Source: a virus
Lineage: Duplodnaviria; Caudoviricetes
Strand: one strand, 5' to 3'
DNA: 64,000 nt
IMG/VR virus record: IMGVR_UViG_3300001598_000037
Coordinates: 26,811 to 90,810 of that record
How positions within the stretch are numbered: position 1 is the first letter of the stretch; the number at the start of each line of letters is the position of its first letter. Position numbers and translations under genes: made by a program. Below, in pieces: positions 28,625 through 36,351 of this stretch. The notes below the pieces were generated by a model. That model had not been told where the DNA came from. It saw nothing but the letters and a program-made list of their open reading frames with translations, and searched no databases.

Positions 28625-28995
28625 ATAGGGTAGCAATCCCTTGCTGAGTGATCAGCCTATGTGCGCAGTAGAAAAACCACTTAGGCACGGAGTGAAGATA
28701 TCGTGCACCTGATTTGTTTATTACAGGAGATGCTAGCATTACTCCTGTATGTGAGGGCACAGGTTATGCTTGTGTTCTCTTCTCTGTCCACAATGTCGGA
28801 TAAACTCCACTATATGGAATGTTAGTAGGTTCGACTCCTACTGTGGGCACAATCTTCTGAATAAACCGCTTAGCAAGTGGAACTAGAAGAAAAAGGAGTG
28901 AGACCCCTCCGATAAGCGTGGTCGAAAAATAGGAGCGACAAGGTTGCTGGATAGCAGTAGACGAAAGTCGAGAATCCTGTCGCTCTTACGCATTT
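28625..28995 (+). ncRNA. Large structured non-coding RNA, family unknown
   Basis: At least 8 stems, three GNRA-type loops (GCAA, GTGA, GAAA), GC-richer than flanks, starts at the predicted TSS. Confidence 0.7.
28786..28852 (+). ncRNA. tRNA-like domain with reduced D and anticodon arms
   Basis: 7-bp acceptor GTCCACA/TGTGGGC, T-arm GTAGG-TTCGACT-CCTAC, GG in a short D-like loop; only 32 nt between acceptor 5' strand and T-arm; ends ACAA. Confidence 0.7.
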
Positions 28996-29045
28996 TATAT
29001 ACCTTAAATAAAATGGTGATTTTATTTAAAGAATTTGGGGGTTAA

Positions 29046-29237
29046 ATGATTAATATGAATTACTATATTCAATGTGCACGACAAAGTGGCAAAACTTATA
29101 TGATTCTTAAAATCCATGAAATTCAATTGGAGCTTATGAAAGATCTTGATCACAAGCCAACCATAGACGAATATATTTATTATTATAATTTAGCTATCGA
29201 AAAATATTTTAATCCAGAAAATAAAAATAAGAGGTGA
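29046..29237 (+). CDS. Small protein with a P-loop-like fragment
   Basis: CARQSGKT in 63 aa. Confidence 0.55.
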   Translation: MINMNYYIQCARQSGKTYMILKIHEIQLELMKDLDHKPTIDEYIYYYNLAIEKYFNPENKNKR

Positions 29238-29241
29238 AAAC

Positions 29242-29409
29242 ATGACAGAGCAAATTCTAGGAATTATATGTATCATAATACTTAGTCTAATAATGTTGAT
29301 CTCTTTATTTGCGTTAATACTGTCGATCGTCATTACATGTTCGGAAGATCCAGTTATTAGTGTTTATAAAAAGAAATTAAAAGAATTAACCAAGGAGGAC
29401 AAAAAATGA
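29242..29409 (+). CDS. Small membrane protein (55 aa, not in ORF track)
   Basis: RBS GAGGTG; MTEQILGIICIIILSLIMLISLFALILSIVI...KKKLKELTKEDKK. Confidence 0.7.
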   Translation: MTEQILGIICIIILSLIMLISLFALILSIVITCSEDPVISVYKKKLKELTKEDKK

Positions 29410-29714
29410 GAAGATCATTTTTACAAAACAGTTTTAAAACTCAAGAATATTTAAAGACGCTCCCAAAAATCTATTTAATTGCTTGTTGGGCACATTATGG
29501 TATAAAAGAATTCCCACTACATAGTTGGAAGCAGGACGGAGCTGAAATGATCCCTATGGTTTATGACTATGATGATTTCAACGGCACTCAAGATTTATAT
29601 ATACTTAGAGACATCCGAAATACCACGAGCGGTGGCAAAGTAATGTGGACTATGCACAAAGAGATCGCTGAGAATATTGTAGCGGCATTAAATAAACAAC
29701 ATGAGGTGAATTAA
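29406..29714 (+). CDS. Hypothetical protein (102 aa)
   Basis: RBS GGAGG, ATGA overlap. Confidence 0.7.
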   Translation: MRRSFLQNSFKTQEYLKTLPKIYLIACWAHYGIKEFPLHSWKQDGAEMIPMVYDYDDFNGTQDLYILRDIRNTTSGGKVMWTMHKEIAENIVAALNKQHEVN

Positions 29715-29715
29715 T

Positions 29716-29913
29716 ATGAAATCAGTTAAAAGAAAACTTTTTAGATATTTCTGGTGTTATATTATGATTTGGTTGTTATTATTCTTACCAGGAAGCAATT
29801 TAATTTATAAAAATCCAAAAGAATTTGATGTCAAGACTTATTTGGCTTATAATACTAATAAGTCCAATAAAAAAACAAATAATAAATATAAATATAGATA
29901 TGGAGGCTTATAA
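29716..29913 (+). CDS. Small membrane protein
   Basis: Single hydrophobic helix; RBS GAGGTG. Confidence 0.55.
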   Translation: MKSVKRKLFRYFWCYIMIWLLLFLPGSNLIYKNPKEFDVKTYLAYNTNKSNKKTNNKYKYRYGGL

Positions 29914-29916
29914 GAT

Positions 29917-30243
29917 ATGGTAGATAATATGGTAGATAATATGGTAGATACTCAACGTTTTCTGTCTACATGGAATCTTTATTTTGGATTAGATCAACAC
30001 ATTACAGCGCCTGAAATGTTTAATTATATACCAGGTGACTATTATGTTATAAGCGGCTCGGCTCGTGAGAGTGATGAATCAAATATTTATATCACTCTAC
30101 CGTGTGGCGACCATTATCCTGAACAAGAAAAGATCGGCCCATTTAGTAAAGTAGAACATCAATGTTTTTATTATATTTATCAAGGCAATAAAACTTGGGT
30201 AAAAAAACCTGTACCTGATTTCAAGGGTATAGCAATGTTTTAA
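29917..30243 (+). CDS. Hypothetical protein; N-terminal MVDN x3 repeat
   Basis: 12-bp tandem repeat ATGGTAGATAAT. Confidence 0.65.
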   Translation: MVDNMVDNMVDTQRFLSTWNLYFGLDQHITAPEMFNYIPGDYYVISGSARESDESNIYITLPCGDHYPEQEKIGPFSKVEHQCFYYIYQGNKTWVKKPVPDFKGIAMF

Positions 30244-30259
30244 TTAAGGGGGTAAAAAT

Positions 30260-30589
30260 ATGGGAAAATCAATTAAAAAAAATCCAATCATTAAAGATGG
30301 CGGCGACAGTAAAAAGGAAGCTAAAAAATTAGCTAATCATACTGTAAGACAAAAATTAAAATCATTAGACGATGAAAATACTATTGCGAGCGGTAATGCT
30401 TACAAAAAGGTGTATAATTCATGGAATATAACAGATTTTAAGAGTCGTTGGACAGAACAAGATGCAATTGACTATTATAATAATCAAGTCACTCGCTCTG
30501 GAGGACCTATGAGAGATTTATTCTTAAAGAAGTATCCTACTCTTGAAAAATGGTTAAATCATTGGAAAAAAACCATGCTTAGAAAATAA
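30260..30589 (+). CDS. Basic hypothetical protein
   Basis: MGKSIKKNPIIKDG...ANHTVR...GNAYKKVYNSWNITD. Confidence 0.7.
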   Translation: MGKSIKKNPIIKDGGDSKKEAKKLANHTVRQKLKSLDDENTIASGNAYKKVYNSWNITDFKSRWTEQDAIDYYNNQVTRSGGPMRDLFLKKYPTLEKWLNHWKKTMLRK

Positions 30590-30613
30590 TTTTAAAAAAA
30601 TATTAAAAAATAG

Positions 30614-30642
30614 TTGTATTTAATTTATTATGGTGGTATAAT
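30614..30642 (+). promoter_or_regulatory. Sigma-A promoter
   Basis: TTGTAT-17-TATAAT with TG. Confidence 0.75.
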
Positions 30643-30674
30643 AATAATAGGAAATATAAGGAGGTAAAAAACTT

Positions 30675-30962
30675 ATGAAGCTAGTATTAAATAAATATTA
30701 TGGAGGATTCAGTCTATCAAAAAAGGCCTATAAATACATGGGTAGATCAGATTGGGACGAAGATAGGGGCTATGGATATTCAGAATTATCAGTAGAAGTC
30801 AGATCTGATCCTAAACTCGTAAAATGTGTTGAAAAATTAGGCGCAGAAGCAAATGGCCTCTTTGCTAGTCTTAAAGTTGTGGAAATTCCTGACGGTGTAG
30901 AAGTTGAAATCGAGGAATATGATGGCTGGGAATCAGCTCATGAGAAACACAGATCTTGGTAG
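30675..30962 (+). CDS. Conserved phage hypothetical protein
   Basis: KLVLNKYYGGFSLS...RSDPKLVKCVEKLG...EYDGWE, recalled as a widespread phage family. Confidence 0.75.
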   Translation: MKLVLNKYYGGFSLSKKAYKYMGRSDWDEDRGYGYSELSVEVRSDPKLVKCVEKLGAEANGLFASLKVVEIPDGVEVEIEEYDGWESAHEKHRSW

Positions 30963-30976
30963 AAAGGAGATCTTTA

Positions 30977-31708
30977 ATGAGTAAAACATTTCACTTATAT
31001 AAAACAGATTACTATTATGAACATCAAAAACTTTATAATAAAGATATTCTAACTTTAGAAGAAAATAATATCTATTGTATTGTAGGCTGTAATGGTGTCG
31101 GCAAATCTACTGCATTATTTCAAATAAAAACACTTTTAAATAAAGACTGTTTTGATTTAAAAGATAAATTATCATTCAGTTTAAGAGGTATCTTTAGTGA
31201 TGCAAAAGCTCCTGAAGAATATAATGAATATTTCTTAATTGGGGATTTACATACTAAATTAGGTTTTAAAGAAGAAGATTTCTTAATGCAAGATATATTT
31301 AATGCTCAAAGCTCGACAGGAGAACAAACTATAAATAAATTAGTTCCTATACTAGGCAGTCTGCAAAAAACGCTTGATTTAATTAAAAATAAAACCGTTT
31401 ATTTATTAGTAGATGATCTTGATGTAGGAGTTAGTATTGATGTTCTTCGTGAAGTTAATGCCATCTTTGATCGAATTATTACTTTCTTAAAAAAGAACAA
31501 TATTACTTATTATATTATTATAACTGCCAACAGTTATGAACTTACTAAAAACAAAACATGTATTGACATTATCAACATGGCTCCAATTCAATTTGAAGAT
31601 TATGAAGATTATTCAAATTATATTGCTGCTACTAGAAAACATAAAAATAAATGTCTAGCATATGCTGATAAAAAAATAGCCGAAGCAAAGGGCAAGGAGG
31701 ATAAATAA
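30977..31708 (+). CDS. Soluble ABC/AAA-type ATPase
   Basis: Walker A GCNGVGKST, signature-like SSTGEQ, Walker B/D-loop LLVDDLDVGVS. Confidence 0.75.
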   Translation: MSKTFHLYKTDYYYEHQKLYNKDILTLEENNIYCIVGCNGVGKSTALFQIKTLLNKDCFDLKDKLSFSLRGIFSDAKAPEEYNEYFLIGDLHTKLGFKEEDFLMQDIFNAQSSTGEQTINKLVPILGSLQKTLDLIKNKTVYLLVDDLDVGVSIDVLREVNAIFDRIITFLKKNNITYYIIITANSYELTKNKTCIDIINMAPIQFEDYEDYSNYIAATRKHKNKCLAYADKKIAEAKGKEDK

Positions 31709-31827
31709 TGAGTCCGTTAACATGTGCAATCTTAGCTTTAATTCTCAGTATTTTAGCTCTTGGATTATCTATTGCAAACGCAATATTAAATCATAAATTA
31801 AACCACAGAAAAAGGAGAGTGAAATAA
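31708..31827 (+). CDS. Small membrane peptide (39 aa, not in track)
   Basis: RBS GGAGG; MSPLTCAILALILSILALGLSIANAILNHKLNHRKRRVK. Confidence 0.65.
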   Translation: MSPLTCAILALILSILALGLSIANAILNHKLNHRKRRVK

Positions 31828-31828
31828 T

Positions 31829-32050
31829 ATGAATAAGGAATTAAAAGTAGTCCTTAAAACTGATGGAAATTATGCTTTATATCTTTATGTAGAAGATCTA
31901 GCAGACGTTCATCAACTAGCCAAATTTGTCGTTGCTACTGTTAAATCTAGCACTGAAAGATCTGGCCAAATCGTAGATTCATGGTATTCTGGGCACTACT
32001 TCTTCTCATTAGAAGAGGCCGAAAAATACTATGATAAATTAACACAATAG
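31829..32050 (+). CDS. Hypothetical protein (73 aa)
   Basis: RBS AAGGAG. Confidence 0.65.
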   Translation: MNKELKVVLKTDGNYALYLYVEDLADVHQLAKFVVATVKSSTERSGQIVDSWYSGHYFFSLEEAEKYYDKLTQ

Positions 32051-32190
32051 TACTTACCACCTATTACCGCCCTCTTTTTCCAATATTACAGGGCGGTGCT
32101 AGGATCGCAAAAAACATCAAAATGATGGAAAATTGCGTTAAAATCCATTAAAAATGATGGATTTCTTACAAAAAAGATTAAAATTCGCGG

Positions 32191-32204
32191 ATTACCGCGG
32201 TAAT
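32191..32204. promoter_or_regulatory. Perfect 14-bp palindrome just upstream of an RBS (operator-like)
   Basis: ATTACCGCGGTAAT; half-site ATTACCGC recurs at 32063. Confidence 0.45.
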
Positions 32205-32220
32205 TACGGAGGTAAAAGAT

Positions 32221-32712
32221 ATGGAAGAAATTTTAAACAATTTAGTCGTTATTGAAAACGGTGCTTTAACAGCTCCAGAAAAGGTAGATGCTTTTCTTGA
32301 TCAATTTTATGATTATAAAAAGAAAGCAGAAGAATTTGAAAAACAATTTAGAGCAGCAGCTTTAGAAGCTATGCTAAACTCAAGCACTTTAAGTGTAAAA
32401 ACTGATAAGTATGTAATCAGTCAAGTCGTTCCAAAAGACACAGTAATATTTGATACTGAAAGATTCAATGCGGAAGCAGATCCATTCATCGTTGATGAAT
32501 ATACTTCTTACAAAAAGGAAAACAAATTTGATATTGATGCTTTATTAGCAGACAATCCAGACCTTGTTGCTAAGTACACAAAAGCTGTCATGGTTCCAAC
32601 AGTTGATCTTAAGAAACTTGAAAAGAACGAACCAGAAATCTACAACCAATTCGTTACTATTATCCCTTCTGAAAAAGCCGTTACTCTAAGAATCGCAGAA
32701 AATAAAAAGTAA
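32221..32712 (+). CDS. Hypothetical protein with an internally repeated motif
   Basis: RBS GGAGG; three FD...P...Y-like repeats. Confidence 0.7.
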   Translation: MEEILNNLVVIENGALTAPEKVDAFLDQFYDYKKKAEEFEKQFRAAALEAMLNSSTLSVKTDKYVISQVVPKDTVIFDTERFNAEADPFIVDEYTSYKKENKFDIDALLADNPDLVAKYTKAVMVPTVDLKKLEKNEPEIYNQFVTIIPSEKAVTLRIAENKK

Positions 32713-33020
32713 TGCGATACTTCAGAGTGACTGTATTAAGAGGTCATTCACATTATCATCATTCCTTTAAAAAGGGAAAGAAAAAACAACATGCCGCAAC
32801 TCTAGGAGATACTATTACATTTAATATTGCAGCTAATTCTCTCCTAGAGGCGTGTGATATAGCCCGCCGAAAACCGTCAGTAAAACATGATAGTCCACAA
32901 GCAGTAAGAAAAGCATGGGAGATCACTTACGACGAATTCGTAGCTGGGCTCGGCTCAAATGCCTACGAGGCTGCGCTCGGGGCTGAATATAAAAAGAAAG
33001 GAAAGAATCAATATGATTGA
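32712..33020 (+). CDS. Basic hypothetical protein
   Basis: V.RGH...A.SLLEACDIARRKPSVKH. Confidence 0.65.
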   Translation: MRYFRVTVLRGHSHYHHSFKKGKKKQHAATLGDTITFNIAANSLLEACDIARRKPSVKHDSPQAVRKAWEITYDEFVAGLGSNAYEAALGAEYKKKGKNQYD

Positions 33021-33540
33021 AATTATTAAACCAGGAGCTAACGAGGTTCCACATTATCAATATCAAATCAGTTGTGTAGTTTGCGGCTGTGAATTTACTT
33101 TTCATGAAGAAGATTTTATGAAAACAGAATCAGCGCCATTTAATGACTATAGATTTATCAAATGTCCTCATTGCGGCGCAACATTACAATTTATTCCAAG
33201 AGAAAAACAAATCTATCCAAAAGTTTCTAACGAAGCTGCCACTATCCCTCTTCAAGGAGATTATGACGGCGATCGTTGGGTTCATAATCTTATTGAGCAA
33301 TGGGCAAAAGAAAATCTACCTGAATGGTTATTCTATAAAGATGGCGTAACAGATTTACAAAGAGTTACTACTGTAACACCATACACTTCATCAGTATTAG
33401 ATTTTTGTGAAAGTTGTCCTAACAATCCAGGCAAAGTACTCACAGTTGGTGACAGCCTTTGTCAATGGTGCTCACATAATCCAAGGAAGTTAACTTGCGA
33501 AACTGTATCATCCTCAACTGAAACAAAGGAGACTAAATAA
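33013..33540 (+). CDS. Cys-rich Zn-finger hypothetical protein
   Basis: CVVCGC, CPHCG, CESC, CQWC. Confidence 0.65.
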   Translation: MIEIIKPGANEVPHYQYQISCVVCGCEFTFHEEDFMKTESAPFNDYRFIKCPHCGATLQFIPREKQIYPKVSNEAATIPLQGDYDGDRWVHNLIEQWAKENLPEWLFYKDGVTDLQRVTTVTPYTSSVLDFCESCPNNPGKVLTVGDSLCQWCSHNPRKLTCETVSSSTETKETK

Positions 33541-33541
33541 T

Positions 33542-33730
33542 ATGTTAGCTTTAGCAATTATCAGTACAATTTTATTAGCATTCAATATTATATCTTATAT
33601 TATTAGAGTATTCAAGGCGGACGCTGATAATGATGTTTCAGTACCTGCGCTTATTATAGGTATTATGATTGGGATCGTTATTAGAACATTCCCAATTGTA
33701 ACTATTTGGATACTATATAATAATATTTAA
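33542..33730 (+). CDS. Small two-TM membrane protein
   Basis: Hydrophobic; RBS AAGGAG. Confidence 0.65.
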   Translation: MLALAIISTILLAFNIISYIIRVFKADADNDVSVPALIIGIMIGIVIRTFPIVTIWILYNNI

Positions 33731-33745
33731 TAAGGAGGGCTCCAA

Positions 33746-33901
33746 ATGTCAGGACAAAGTTATGTATGGGTTGTATATTATGGAAATGTAAGTGCCTATG
33801 AACATGAAAAAGTATTTACTAGCAAAGTAGCAGCTCTAAAATTTAAATACAAAATGTGGGATCAAGGTTATCAAGCTTTCGTTGAAAAACGTTACGACTA
33901 G
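33746..33901 (+). CDS. Hypothetical protein (51 aa, not in track)
   Basis: RBS GGAGG; MSGQSYVWVVYYG... Confidence 0.6.
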   Translation: MSGQSYVWVVYYGNVSAYEHEKVFTSKVAALKFKYKMWDQGYQAFVEKRYD

Positions 33902-33913
33902 GAGAATGAAGTT

Positions 33914-34051
33914 ATGCAAAATCGCCAAACAATAGATCGTTCTAGTCTATTACTTGAAACTATTAAAGATCAAAAAAAGAAAGCTCGTAAAAACGATCTT
34001 GCAAATCAACCACAAAACAAAACTAAAAAAGCGAAAGGTAAAAAGTCATGA
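33914..34051 (+). CDS. Basic peptide (45 aa, not in track)
   Basis: RBS GGAG; ATGA overlap with the next gene. Confidence 0.55.
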   Translation: MQNRQTIDRSSLLLETIKDQKKKARKNDLANQPQNKTKKAKGKKS

Positions 34052-34254
34052 TTCAGTTCATACTTTTTATCCTTGTCGCTGGATCTACAATTAATACAGG
34101 AATTATATTAGGGGCATCGCAATTTTTGCGACAACCAGATACAGAGATGGCGGCGATCGATAAAAAACTCTTAACCACATTTCTCTTAATTACTTTATTT
34201 ACAAGTATCCTGCAATTAATTATCGGAATGATTTTCTTATACTTGGAGGTGTAG
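34048..34254 (+). CDS. Small two-TM membrane protein
   Basis: Hydrophobic 68 aa. Confidence 0.6.
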   Translation: MIQFILFILVAGSTINTGIILGASQFLRQPDTEMAAIDKKLLTTFLLITLFTSILQLIIGMIFLYLEV

Positions 34255-34261
34255 AAAAATA

Positions 34262-35320
34262 ATGAAAATAGAAAAAGAAATTTGCAACTATGATGTCGCA
34301 ATAATTGGCGCAGGCCCAGCTGGGCTCTCTGCTGCACTCTATGCGGCTCGTGCCAATAAAACTGTCATTTTATTTGACAAAGATATGCCAGGTGGACAAT
34401 TAAATCATGCTACACATATTGAGAACTATCCTGGTTTCAATAAAGCCGACTGTCTTAACAGTGGAGCAGATTTAGTAAACGAAATGGTCGATCAACTTCA
34501 TCCATATGAAGATAAGATTACCATGAAGTGGTTTACTCCTGTTACACATATTGAAATACCTCAAACAGCAGATCCTATTTATAGATTTTCAATTATGACA
34601 GATACTGAATATTATCGTGCTCGTGGTTTAATTATTGCCACAGGGTTAACTCATCGTTATTTATTTGAAGATCATGCGATGGAAGATGCTCTTGTTGAAA
34701 AAGGCGGAATTAGTCACTGCGTCTTATGTGATGGTGTTTTCAACAAAGGAAAATTATCAGCAATTATCGGTGATGGCAACTCGGCACTACAAGCTTTTAT
34801 TACTTTAGCTGAAATTAATAAAACAAGTCATGAAGGCGGTGTAACTCTGATCTCAAATGCGCGAGACTTCCCACCATATGTAGATAAAACTTTAGTAGCT
34901 AAGGTTAAACAAATCATGGCCGATCCTGAATATAAATGTAGAACCAATGTATTATTTAATTTTACTACATTTAAAGTTGGACAAGTTGATAATGGTGCTG
35001 GTTGTATCAATTATATAACTGGCTACACTTGTCAAGATGCAATGGCAGATTGTTTATATTTTACAGGTCAAATCTTTATCATGGTTGGTCAAGAACCAAC
35101 AGACATTGTCACAAAAGTATTCCCAGATCTTGCAACCTTTACTCCATCTGGCTACATCAATGCTGGGGTCGACTGTCGTGTTTCGGGAATCAATTATGTT
35201 TATGCGGTTGGTGATTGTCGTGACGGTCGTAGTAGAATTCGTCAAGCAATTACTGCATCAGCTGAAGGAGCCACAGCAGCAACTTATCTTTGCTCGGCTC
35301 TTGATGCGGAGGGTAATTAA
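34262..35320 (+). CDS. trxB: Thioredoxin-disulfide reductase
   Basis: GAGPAGLSAA, PGGQL, IENYPGF, ATG, SHCVLCDG (CxxC), GDGNSA, VYAVGD, RQAITA. Confidence 0.88.
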   Translation: MKIEKEICNYDVAIIGAGPAGLSAALYAARANKTVILFDKDMPGGQLNHATHIENYPGFNKADCLNSGADLVNEMVDQLHPYEDKITMKWFTPVTHIEIPQTADPIYRFSIMTDTEYYRARGLIIATGLTHRYLFEDHAMEDALVEKGGISHCVLCDGVFNKGKLSAIIGDGNSALQAFITLAEINKTSHEGGVTLISNARDFPPYVDKTLVAKVKQIMADPEYKCRTNVLFNFTTFKVGQVDNGAGCINYITGYTCQDAMADCLYFTGQIFIMVGQEPTDIVTKVFPDLATFTPSGYINAGVDCRVSGINYVYAVGDCRDGRSRIRQAITASAEGATAATYLCSALDAEGN

Positions 35321-35321
35321 A

Positions 35322-35897
35322 ATGGAAAGAACAGATCCAAGAGTTCAATCAGCTCTAGCAAACGGCTGCTATATTCGAAACCGAATGACAGGCGAAATTA
35401 AATTCAGACGCGTTCATGGTGTCGATCTACTTGGCATCGATTGGCTAGAACCTGATGATGTTGATATTGATAAAGATACTTATACTTCATTAGATAGTTA
35501 CGGTAAAGATTGGGCACTCACACTCGAAGAATTTGAAGGACTTAATTTACCTGAACATAACAAATATTATTTGGAACTAGATGGCGAAAAAGTCTTAGAA
35601 TTAACGCCAACCGAAATACCAGAACCAAATACAGAAATTGAAGAAGCAGTATTTAAGAGTATACTTATTCAAGAAGTAAAAGATGAGTTCGTGAACCTGG
35701 TTACTAATCTAAATTATCAAACAGGATTAGTCCCATTAAAACCTGAAGAGTTAAATGAACTATTAACAGGTCGCGCTCCTAACAATCATCATCTTTATTG
35801 TTGGGGCTCAGATCTTACTAAGATTTATTTAGGACTTCAGACGGCAGCTGAAGTGCTAGACAAAATAATAAAAAATAAAAATCAAAATAAGAAGTAA
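35322..35897 (+). CDS. Hypothetical protein (191 aa)
   Basis: RBS GGAGG; YGKDWALT motif. Confidence 0.65.
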   Translation: MERTDPRVQSALANGCYIRNRMTGEIKFRRVHGVDLLGIDWLEPDDVDIDKDTYTSLDSYGKDWALTLEEFEGLNLPEHNKYYLELDGEKVLELTPTEIPEPNTEIEEAVFKSILIQEVKDEFVNLVTNLNYQTGLVPLKPEELNELLTGRAPNNHHLYCWGSDLTKIYLGLQTAAEVLDKIIKNKNQNKK

Positions 35898-35913
35898 AAG
35901 GAGGCCATCAAAA

Positions 35914-36288
35914 ATGGAAGAACAAAACAAAGTCATCATGAGTCTAGAAGAATATACTAAACTCGTAATCGAAAACAACAATTTAAAAAACACACTTCGC
36001 GGAATCCGCAATCAAGTAATTTCTAAAATCTGCGACAAGATTTCTGAAGCTCGTATCCACGCCATGACTCGCGATCAACTTATTGCCCTTATTGATCAAA
36101 AGGATGTAAGTAAAATCTGCGACGCCGTTGGTACCTACACTTACTCTCTTGAGTATATTGACACATTTGGTGTCTTCTCAGTAGATGAAGTAAAAGTCAT
36201 GTTTGTTGAAGAAGTTAAGAAGATCGCCAACGATCACTTACAATATCTTTTAGATCACGCCCAAAAAGACAGCTCCGACGCTGACTAA
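35914..36288 (+). CDS. Hypothetical protein (124 aa)
   Basis: RBS GGAGG; last gene of the + arm. Confidence 0.7.
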   Translation: MEEQNKVIMSLEEYTKLVIENNNLKNTLRGIRNQVISKICDKISEARIHAMTRDQLIALIDQKDVSKICDAVGTYTYSLEYIDTFGVFSVDEVKVMFVEEVKKIANDHLQYLLDHAQKDSSDAD

Positions 36289-36321
36289 TATATCAAACAA
36301 CAGCAAACAACAACAAACATT

Positions 36322-36351
36322 AAGAAGGATCTTAAAAGTCCTTCTTTTTTT
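36322..36351 (+). terminator. Intrinsic terminator ending the + arm
   Basis: AAGAAGGA-N9-TCCTTCTT plus TTTTT. Confidence 0.8.

Noticed and set aside
28806-28818. CTA (amber suppressor) or TAT anticodon in the tRNA-like domain
   Set aside because: No register gives a 7-nt loop with U33 and a purine at 37 on a 5-bp stem
28625-28995. tmRNA, RNase P RNA, SRP RNA or group I/II intron identity for the long ncRNA
   Set aside because: No G3.U70 or tag frame with a split tRNA-like domain, no GAGGAAAGUCC, no group I R/S elements and no group II domain V recognisable
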